DNA of 48,305 nt from the IMG/VR virus record IMGVR_UViG_3300032157_000017, positions 1 to 48,305 of that record; one strand, given 5' to 3'. Positions 40,678 through 47,515 of this stretch are shown piece after piece. Position 1 is the stretch's first letter; every line of letters begins with the position of its first letter. A program made the translations under genes and the position numbers. Origin of the DNA: a virus. The notes beneath the pieces were generated by a model. It saw nothing but the letters and a program-made list of their open reading frames with translations. It did no database searches and was not told the origin of the DNA.

Positions 40678-41021
40678 CAGAACCCCGTCGGCACGTCGCC
40701 GTTGTAGACGTCGTCCGCCGTGTAGCGGCGCGCCGGGCCGGTGTAGGAGGAGCTCGACGAGGGCCGCCCCTGACTGTCGACGTCGGGGACGGCGCCGTCG
40801 GCGGGCGCCGTCATCCCGAGGCGCTGGCTGAGCGCTGCGGCGCGGTTGCTCGTCAGCTCCGCGAGCGTGAGCTCGTCGCGCCCCGGGCGGTCGTCCTCGC
40901 AACGGAGCAGGCCGTCACGCCCCCGCCGCAGCGCGCTGCGCAGGAATGGCGTGCCGCACACGTCGCAACGCGACAGGTGCTCGCCCTTCCGATCGATGTT
41001 GCGCGGTACGCTGCGGCCCAT
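40677..41021 (-). CDS. Hypothetical virion-module protein with a CxxC...C motif (114 aa)
   Basis: Internal ATG 41021 (read) with GGGAG 4 nt upstream. RCDVCGTPFLRSALRRGRDGLLRCEDD. Confidence 0.6.
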   Translation of the reverse strand: MGRSVPRNIDRKGEHLSRCDVCGTPFLRSALRRGRDGLLRCEDDRPGRDELTLAELTSNRAAALSQRLGMTAPADGAVPDVDSQGRPSSSSSYTGPARRYTADDVYNGDVPTGF

Positions 41022-41031
41022 TCGTCTCCCA

Positions 41032-41991
41032 TCAAGAACTCGCTGCGGGGCGGATCGCGCCCTGCGTGTTCGTCGCGTCGCAGGCGTAGTTTTCGAACTG
41101 TGCGACCGCGACGAGCCCCGCCGTGCCAACCTGTGAAGCGAACGCGGTCGTCAGCGTGACGTCCGAGCCTACCTTGAGCAGGTTGTAGGCGATGACGCCA
41201 CTCGCCGCGACGTCGCCGACCGTGACCCCGAAGAGCGCGGTGCCCGCCGTCTCGAGCTGGATGAGGATGTTGCGCAGGATGCGGAGGTTCGTCGCCGCCG
41301 CCGTGACCGCGATGAGCCCGAGGACACTCGTCCCTGGGTTCGCCGCCGAGATGTAGTTGTCGGCAACCAGGACGTTGTCGGCCGCGCCCGAGATCAGCAC
41401 CGGGGCGCTGGTCATGGGCTGTGCCTCGCCGAGCGCAAGGAACGTGTTACTCACGACCTTGGCGCCCGAACCACCGGCGGTGATCTCGATGCCCTTGAGC
41501 GCGCCGAGCGAAGCGGTCTCCGTCGAGATGTTGCAGCCGTTCACCACGCAGCCTGCGGCGCTGATGGTGAGTGGCGCGGCGACGTTGTCGACGCCGGCGA
41601 AGTTCAGAGTCAGGCCATGCAGCCCTACGTTCGCGACGTTCAGCAGCAGCGAGGCCGCCGTCGCCGTCCACGTCAGCGTCGGGTTATTCGTCGAGCCCGG
41701 CTGCCCGCAGCTCACGATCTGCGTGCCCGCGACGAGGTCCGGGATCGCGTCCGCCACCGCCAAGCTCTCGGTGTGGCCCGGCAGGACGTAGACGATGTCG
41801 TTCATCCCCGAACGGCAGCGCTTGCAGCCTTCGTTGATGCTCGCGACGAGGTTGCCGCTCATCGCAAACAGGTCGTCGCCCTCCTGGAGCCCCGTGCTCC
41901 GCACGTAGGCAGCGACGCGCCCGCCCGGCTTGATCCACGTGCCCGTGGGCACCTGGATCGAATCGACGCTCGAGTAGAACGGGGTGGTCAC
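41032..41991 (-). CDS. Right-handed parallel beta-helix (pectate-lyase-fold-like) protein (319 aa)
   Basis: Track ORF with GTG in a GTGA overlap. Periodic G/N/V/I rungs (...NVANVGLHGLTLNFAGVDNVAAPLTISAAGCVVNGCNIS...VSNTFLALG...VLVADNYISAAN...LRILRNILIQ). Confidence 0.6.
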   Translation of the reverse strand: MTTPFYSSVDSIQVPTGTWIKPGGRVAAYVRSTGLQEGDDLFAMSGNLVASINEGCKRCRSGMNDIVYVLPGHTESLAVADAIPDLVAGTQIVSCGQPGSTNNPTLTWTATAASLLLNVANVGLHGLTLNFAGVDNVAAPLTISAAGCVVNGCNISTETASLGALKGIEITAGGSGAKVVSNTFLALGEAQPMTSAPVLISGAADNVLVADNYISAANPGTSVLGLIAVTAAATNLRILRNILIQLETAGTALFGVTVGDVAASGVIAYNLLKVGSDVTLTTAFASQVGTAGLVAVAQFENYACDATNTQGAIRPAASS

Positions 41992-42092
41992 TTCTTACCG
42001 CCTTTCGGGGCCTTGGGCGGCTTCGGCATCGGAGCCTCCTTGCCGCCCTTCTTCGAGGACTTCGTCCCCGGGGGACAATACTTGCCAGCCAT
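41988..42092 (-). CDS. Lys/Pro-rich microprotein (34 aa), not in the ORF track
   Basis: ATG 42092 (read) with GAGG 6 nt upstream. MAGKYCPPGTKSSKKGGKEAPMPKPPKAPKGGKK*. Third positions are mostly G/C. Its stop overlaps the GTG of the next gene. Confidence 0.45.
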   Translation of the reverse strand: MAGKYCPPGTKSSKKGGKEAPMPKPPKAPKGGKK

Positions 42093-42100
42093 CGGAGACC

Positions 42101-43015
42101 TCAGGCGTTCGAGAAGAAGAAGCCGCGGGGGTTCACCCAGCCGCGGGACCACCGAGCGGTGATGCCGTAGTTCATCATCGTCTTGTCCTCGGTCACCCAG
42201 GTGTTGCTCTTGGGCTTGCGCCGCCAGAACCACATGATGCCGAGCTCGGCGTCGGTGATGAGGCCCCAGTTGGTCGTGGTCGTGTTCCAGTACTTGACTG
42301 GCACCGGGGTGAGGTTCAGGTCGCGATTGACGACGTTGATCGCGTTGAACGCGCCCGGCGTCGGGTCGTAGCTCGAGCCGAGCAGCTCGCGCCAGAGCCC
42401 CCATTGCTGCACGGGGAACACGGCCTTCTTCGCCTCGACGCCGTCGATGAGCCCGTCGTGGCCGACCTGCTGCATGAGCTGCGCCGTCGCGATGACGAGC
42501 GCGGCCTTGCTCGGCGAGAACTGCGCCGAGGGGAACATGTTCGCGTAGGTGCCGCCGCCGGGCAGCACGTGCGCCGTGCTCGCGAGGGGCTGCCCATCGC
42601 CGCCGACGAAGGCCGCGTTCGCGGCGCGCACCAGGATGAGGGTCGCGTCGAAGTCGACGAGCTTCCAGAGCGAGCGGTTGTTGCGCTTCGCGGCCTGGAT
42701 GACCTTGTCGTACTTCATGTCCTCCAGCGCCTCTTCGCTCACGATCATGCGCTGACCGTAGGTGCGGGCGTTGAAGCGAGTGAGCGGGCCTTCGACGATG
42801 GTCCCGACCGGGATGCTCTCGCCTTCGGGCTTCTCGCCTGCGAGACCGCCGCCGGCGATCTCGTAGTACTCGATGTAGTTGTCCGTCATGTTCTTGACGG
42901 TCATCCACTTGTTGAAGACAGCCTTGCTGCCTTCGGATCCGTGCTCGTCGGTGTCGATGTCCTCGAGCGTGTCCTTGAGGGCGAGCGCCGCGGTACTGGT
43001 AAAAATCTCACTCAT
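42101..43015 (-). CDS. Major capsid protein (HK97-fold type) (304 aa)
   Basis: Track ORF with capsid-like size, position and sequence character (...YYEIAGGGLAGEKPEGESIPVGTIVEGPLTRFNARTYGQRMIVSEEALEDMKYD...). It follows the scaffold and decoration-like genes. Confidence 0.7.
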   Translation of the reverse strand: MSEIFTSTAALALKDTLEDIDTDEHGSEGSKAVFNKWMTVKNMTDNYIEYYEIAGGGLAGEKPEGESIPVGTIVEGPLTRFNARTYGQRMIVSEEALEDMKYDKVIQAAKRNNRSLWKLVDFDATLILVRAANAAFVGGDGQPLASTAHVLPGGGTYANMFPSAQFSPSKAALVIATAQLMQQVGHDGLIDGVEAKKAVFPVQQWGLWRELLGSSYDPTPGAFNAINVVNRDLNLTPVPVKYWNTTTTNWGLITDAELGIMWFWRRKPKSNTWVTEDKTMMNYGITARWSRGWVNPRGFFFSNA

Positions 43016-43024
43016 GGCATTCTC

Positions 43025-43459
43025 TCAATCGAACAGGCTCTTGTTGAAGCCCGAGCATTCAGTGTCCAAGTCCACACTATGTGTCACGGTGTAGACCTGT
43101 GGTGGGCCGCCGGTGCAGTCGATGAACTCAAGGCTCCCGCTGTTGATCTCGATGACCGTCGCGGGGCCCGCGCAATCTGTGGCGTACCCCGCGGGGGCGA
43201 CTTGCGCATGCGCCCTCGCTACGTTGCTTCTCTCGTAGAAGCGAGAGTCCCTATGTCCGTGCGTCACGCTCACGAGCACGCTCCCATCCAAGAACATCAG
43301 AGCGTCGTACACGTACGACCGCCCATTCGTCGGTGCAGCGTCGACGCCCTCCGAACACGTGACTCGCGCCAAGAGGGCGCCGTGTTGCGAGACGAAGTTC
43401 TCGTCGATATTCTGTCCCGTACACGCCGCCAACAGCGCCGCCAACAGCAGGCGCTTCAT
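43025..43459 (-). CDS. Lipoprotein (144 aa) inserted in the capsid module (moron)
   Basis: MKRLLLAALLAAC-TGQ is a canonical signal peptide plus lipobox (LAAC). There are five further Cys residues. G+C is visibly lower than in the flanking genes. Confidence 0.75.
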   Translation of the reverse strand: MKRLLLAALLAACTGQNIDENFVSQHGALLARVTCSEGVDAAPTNGRSYVYDALMFLDGSVLVSVTHGHRDSRFYERSNVARAHAQVAPAGYATDCAGPATVIEINSGSLEFIDCTGGPPQVYTVTHSVDLDTECSGFNKSLFD

Positions 43460-44181
43460 GGGGCTTCCAGGTTGCCGACGGCGGGCTGGATGGCGAGCAC
43501 GTTGTCGTCTGCGGCGATGTCACCGATAACGACCGGGAAGATCTGCTGCGCATTGAAGACGACCTCTAGGGCCACGAACTCGCTCGTTGGGTCCTGAGCG
43601 TCGAACCGCTTGCTGAGCCCCACGACACGCAGCTGGTTGGTCTCGGTCGTCTCGTTGTGGTCGCTGATGTCGAACAGCGGGTTCGCCTTGGGCGCGCCGA
43701 TGCCGCTCGTGAGCACGCTGTAGATGAAGTTCGCGGTGCCCACCAGCGACTGCCACGCCGCCTTCGTCGTCGGCTGCCCCGTCGTGTCGCAGTCGATCTC
43801 GAAGATGTTGTTGTGCACGGGAATGATGGTGCAGAGCGTTTGCTGGTCGTCGCCCGTGTAGGCGGTGCCGCTCGGGTAAAACCCGTTCGGGCGCGGCGCT
43901 CCGCCGATCATCACGCGCGGGAAGCCCGCGACGATGCCATACACCCGGTCGTCGATGTCGCTACCGTCCGCCGCCTGCCCCGGCTGCACGAGGCGCACCG
44001 TGCCGTCGTTGAGCAGCTGAACGGGGTCGCCGATGTTGAGGTTTACCGCCGTGCCGCCCGCGCCGTCCGCTCCCGTATTCGGCGCGTAGGCGGTCGCGAT
44101 CGGCTTCGTGATCGTCGTCGGCGTTTCGTTGCCGTCGAAGCTCCGCGCGAAGCGGAAGCCGTACCTGTGTGTATTCGCCAT
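43456..44181 (-). CDS. Capsid-module protein (241 aa), possibly a head decoration protein
   Basis: Track ORF. IGDPVQLLNDGTVRLVQPGQAADGSDIDDRVYGIVAG resembles the decoration-protein (DUF2190-like) pattern. It lies immediately upstream of the capsid gene. Confidence 0.5.
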   Translation of the reverse strand: MANTHRYGFRFARSFDGNETPTTITKPIATAYAPNTGADGAGGTAVNLNIGDPVQLLNDGTVRLVQPGQAADGSDIDDRVYGIVAGFPRVMIGGAPRPNGFYPSGTAYTGDDQQTLCTIIPVHNNIFEIDCDTTGQPTTKAAWQSLVGTANFIYSVLTSGIGAPKANPLFDISDHNETTETNQLRVVGLSKRFDAQDPTSEFVALEVVFNAQQIFPVVIGDIAADDNVLAIQPAVGNLEAP

Positions 44182-44192
44182 CTATGCCTCGC

Positions 44193-44663
44193 TCAGAACT
44201 GCCACTTGCGCCGGTCGTCGCCTTCGGCGCGCACGCTCTTGATCCCCCGGAAGCCCGCCTGCTCCTGCGCGGAGAGCGGGTCGATGTCGCGCTGACGGAT
44301 GGTCTCTTGGATCGCGTCGGCACGCTTCCAGCCCTGCTCATCGAGCGCGCGCTTGCGCTCGACCGGGATCTCCATCAGCACCATCCCCATCGCCTTGATG
44401 GGATCCCCCTGCTTGTACTCGTTGTAGCCGACGGTCGGCTTCGCTTCGTCGGGGTCGTACTGGGAGACCTTGTAGCCCTGCGCCAGATACGAGCCGACGT
44501 TGAGCGTCGGGTCGTTGACCTCGCTCACCCACACGAAGTGCTTCGTGCCGTCGGAGTCGGCGAGAAAGCCGCGGTTGGCGACCTGCTCTACGGGCCGCGG
44601 CGGAGGATCCTCACGCCGAACGCCCTTCCCCTTGCCCGTCGCCTGCTCCGTCGCTTCCGCCAA
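44193..44663 (-). CDS. Capsid-module protein (156 aa), function unknown
   Basis: Track ORF. The start codon is TTG (read) with GGAG 5 nt upstream. Natural composition. Confidence 0.6.
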   Translation of the reverse strand: MAEATEQATGKGKGVRREDPPPRPVEQVANRGFLADSDGTKHFVWVSEVNDPTLNVGSYLAQGYKVSQYDPDEAKPTVGYNEYKQGDPIKAMGMVLMEIPVERKRALDEQGWKRADAIQETIRQRDIDPLSAQEQAGFRGIKSVRAEGDDRRKWQF

Positions 44664-44764
44664 GACTGCTCCGTCTGAAGCCCACTGGGTTCAGACGGGC
44701 GCGTCGTGGGTGACGAGCCGCCGGGTGTTGTCGCGCTACAGGGAAGCAGACGGCCGGCTGTCAG

Positions 44765-45019
44765 TCAAGTGTCAGGATCTGGTCCGGCGAAGATGCGCCT
44801 GCCAACGACGACGCCATCCCCGAAGGATTCCGGGATGATGGCGTCCCATCTCGTCCGTGCCCACTGGTCGCGTTCCTCGCGACACGCCTCGCGATCCTTG
44901 CAGCGCCGGCGCGCACACACGCAGCAGCGATGCAGCCGAGCGCGGGCAGCCGCGAAGCGCGGCTCGCGTAGCAGCTCGTTCTGCAAGAGGATCGCCTCGC
45001 GTTCGAGGTTGCTCGTCAC
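44765..45019 (-). CDS. Cys-rich small protein (84 aa; the track start 45064 gives 99 aa)
   Basis: GTG 45019 in a GTGA overlap with the scaffold stop (read). Codons checked: mostly G/C third positions. HRCCVCARRRCKDREAC. Confidence 0.5.
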   Translation of the reverse strand: MTSNLEREAILLQNELLREPRFAAARARLHRCCVCARRRCKDREACREERDQWARTRWDAIIPESFGDGVVVGRRIFAGPDPDT

Positions 45020-45912
45020 ACGACCTTCTTCTCTCGCAGTCTTCTGCCGGTCTTGTTCGTCCACGCCTTGATCGCTTCCGCCTCCGGCAGGTGGTCGTAG
45101 GCGGCGATGGCCATCTGCCGCATCGCCGGCGTGAGCGTCACGCCGGCAGGCGCGCCGCCTCCGCCGCTGCCGCTCGCCGGCATGCCGCTGAGCTTCGCCC
45201 GATCGCTCTGCGAGGGCGCGGGCTTCGCGCCGATTTTGAACGTCGTCATCGTCTCGGTCATGATCTCGTCCACCGTCTGCGCGGTAATCTGCTCGCCGAG
45301 CGCGGCCCGCTGCTGCGCCTTGCCCTGCGCGTACTGGAAGGCTCGCGGGTTCTGGTAGACCTCGGGGTACTTCTGCACCCAGACCTGCTGCGCCTGGTTC
45401 TGCTGGCGAATGGGCTCGGATCGCGCGATGGCTCGCCGCGTGTGCACGTCCGCCTTGCGCGCCTCGATGTCGCGCGCGACGCGCTCATAGTGCGCCTGCG
45501 TCTTGTCGTCGAAGGTGCCGGCCTTCACCGCGTCCTTGACCGCCTGGTACGCGGTCGTCTGCTCGGCGTAGATGCCGTCGAGCTCGCGCTCGAACTCGTC
45601 CTTGCCGTCGGCAGGCGCGGGCGGCGGGCGCTGCTGACCAGCCACGACAGCGCCCTCGAGGCGCGCGAGCCGCTCGCGCAGCTCGGCGCTGTTCTTGCGC
45701 TCCGCCTCGAGCTCCTCGGCGTTCTTCTTCCCCTGCTGAATGATGCCCTGAAGACGCTCCTGCCGGCGTGCCTTCCGGCTCTTGCGCTCCTCGACGGAGT
45801 CGGTGGGCTTGTCCTCCTCGGTGATGAGCTGGTCGTCGCTCACGCTCTCGTCATCCGAGAACGGAACGGTGACGCTCTGCCTATCGGGGTCGCCTTGCAT
45901 GAAGCCGCTCAT
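45016..45912 (-). CDS. Scaffolding protein (298 aa)
   Basis: Track ORF with an acidic N-terminus and long charged helical regions (EERKSRKARRQERLQGIIQQGKKNAEELEAERKNSAELRERLARLEG). It lies between the portal and capsid genes. GAGG precedes the ATG. Confidence 0.6.
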   Translation of the reverse strand: MSGFMQGDPDRQSVTVPFSDDESVSDDQLITEEDKPTDSVEERKSRKARRQERLQGIIQQGKKNAEELEAERKNSAELRERLARLEGAVVAGQQRPPPAPADGKDEFERELDGIYAEQTTAYQAVKDAVKAGTFDDKTQAHYERVARDIEARKADVHTRRAIARSEPIRQQNQAQQVWVQKYPEVYQNPRAFQYAQGKAQQRAALGEQITAQTVDEIMTETMTTFKIGAKPAPSQSDRAKLSGMPASGSGGGGAPAGVTLTPAMRQMAIAAYDHLPEAEAIKAWTNKTGRRLREKKVV

Positions 45913-45920
45913 CGTTCACC

Positions 45921-46607
45921 TCACCAGGTATCGTTCACGTAGACCGACTGTTTTTTGCGCGCCGTCCACTCGCCGTCGCGAGGCTCGGCGAGCTGGTGGC
46001 TGTAGGCGCCGTCGCCGCCCACGTCGACCACGCGGCGACGGCCGGCGCGGATGTCGTCTTGCAGCGTCTCGTTGCCGGCGAGGTCGCCGTCGCGCATGAC
46101 GAGAACGAACATGGGCTCACTACCGCCGAGCAGTTCCATGCGGCGAGCGAAGGGGACGTTCTTGTTCGTCATCACGATATCGCCGAGCTCATACCCGTGG
46201 CTCATCAAGCGGTCCATCGCCGAGAGCCCTGCGCTGAGCAGCACGCCCCGGAATCCCTCCTGCATGTCCTTCTGCTTCGTGAGCTGCGGACGAAACAGGC
46301 TCGTGCCCGGGATCTTCTCATCCGCGTCGAAAGGGTCGAGCGGAAAGACGAAGATGCGGTCGAAGCCGGCGGCATAGCGGAAAAACCCGTCCGGGATCCC
46401 GTGTTTGAAGCGAGCGGCTTCGAGCTTCTCCGGTAGACCGAGCACGCCCGGCCCGCTCATCCGTTCCTTGATGAGCTTCGTTCTCGCGATGGCCTTTTCG
46501 TACTCGGCATCACGGAACTCGATGGGCTGCTCGCCGCGCTCTTCCGGGCGCCAGGCGCTCGTCTTCTCGGGTTCGGGAAACGAGTAGATGGGTCGTGCCG
46601 ATGTCAC
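45921..46607 (-). CDS. Head-module protein (228 aa) with a possible GroES/Cpn10-like C-terminal domain
   Basis: Track ORF. FDRIFVFPLD...EKIPGTSLF...GFRGVLLSAG...YELGDIVMTN...MFVLVMRDGDL aligns by eye with GroES (DRVIVK...GGIVL...GEVLAVG...VKVGDIVIF...VLIMSESDIL). Confidence 0.6.
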   Translation of the reverse strand: MTSARPIYSFPEPEKTSAWRPEERGEQPIEFRDAEYEKAIARTKLIKERMSGPGVLGLPEKLEAARFKHGIPDGFFRYAAGFDRIFVFPLDPFDADEKIPGTSLFRPQLTKQKDMQEGFRGVLLSAGLSAMDRLMSHGYELGDIVMTNKNVPFARRMELLGGSEPMFVLVMRDGDLAGNETLQDDIRAGRRRVVDVGGDGAYSHQLAEPRDGEWTARKKQSVYVNDTW

Positions 46608-47071
46608 AGAGCCTCCATGCCGATGAGGAAGGATTCGAGTTCATCGGCGACGCGCCGGTGCTCGGCGATGGCCTGGGTGATCGCCGGCCGCGCGATGGCG
46701 ACCGCCTGGCGGGCGTCCTCCCCGAGGTGAGCGCTCGGGTACCAGCGGGGACCTTCATCGAACTCCGCCGAGGCGGTAAGCGTGTTGGCGTCGCCTCGTT
46801 CGAGCACGTCGAGCTTGAACAGCTCCGCGCCCACGACCACGAACTGACAGCGCTGGTGCACGACGAACGCGCGCGGGGGCGAGTTCTGCGCCTGGTGCTT
46901 GTCCTTGTCGATCTCGACGAGGCAGAGCGCATCGCGATCCTCGCGTGGCAAGAGAGTCCAGCCGGCGCCGACGTGCGCCGCGAGCGATTCGCCCTCGGCG
47001 CGGCGGTAACCCTTCCCTTCGTACTCTTCGAGGTCAGTCTTGCTGATGACCACGCGATGCATGTCTGTCAT
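46604..47071 (-). CDS. Hypothetical head-module protein (155 aa)
   Basis: Track ORF with ATGA overlaps on both sides. Confidence 0.65.
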   Translation of the reverse strand: MTDMHRVVISKTDLEEYEGKGYRRAEGESLAAHVGAGWTLLPREDRDALCLVEIDKDKHQAQNSPPRAFVVHQRCQFVVVGAELFKLDVLERGDANTLTASAEFDEGPRWYPSAHLGEDARQAVAIARPAITQAIAEHRRVADELESFLIGMEAL

Positions 47072-47277
47072 GTGAGATAGCTCCTGATGAATTGCCCCGA
47101 GTCTGTCTCCAGCTCCTTCAGGGCGCCCCTAATGCGCTCGATGAGTTCTGCCTCATGAGCGAGGACGACAATCTGTGTGAGGTCGGGCTCCGCCTTCAGC
47201 GCGTGCCCGTGGCCGAGCTGCAGGCACTCCTGCCGCAGGCGCAGCAGGTACTGCTCGAACAGGTCGAGGTCACGCAC
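47068..47277 (-). CDS. Hypothetical protein (69 aa)
   Basis: Track ORF, helical, natural composition. Confidence 0.6.
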   Translation of the reverse strand: MRDLDLFEQYLLRLRQECLQLGHGHALKAEPDLTQIVVLAHEAELIERIRGALKELETDSGQFIRSYLT

Positions 47278-47515
47278 GCCCCGGCCATGCCCAGTGCCCC
47301 CGAGCCTCGTCGGTCCCTGGCGTCGCCGGCGAGTAGGGGACGGCTGGCATGTCGAAGAGCCCCTCGGGGAGGAACACCTTCAGTGATATGCCGAAGTCCT
47401 CCTCGTCGACGGGGTACTCGCCAGCCTTTGGGGTAACCTCCGTCACGATCGCGGCGTAGACCTTCAGCGTGCTGCGGTCGGTGTAGTGGACGATGCGTCC
47501 GACGGTGGGGGTCAC
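47270..47515 (-). CDS. Hypothetical small beta-barrel-like protein (81 aa)
   Basis: Track ORF. GRIVHYTD...VYAAIVTEV...ISLKVF... Its start overlaps the portal stop. Confidence 0.65.
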   Translation of the reverse strand: MTPTVGRIVHYTDRSTLKVYAAIVTEVTPKAGEYPVDEEDFGISLKVFLPEGLFDMPAVPYSPATPGTDEARGHWAWPGRA

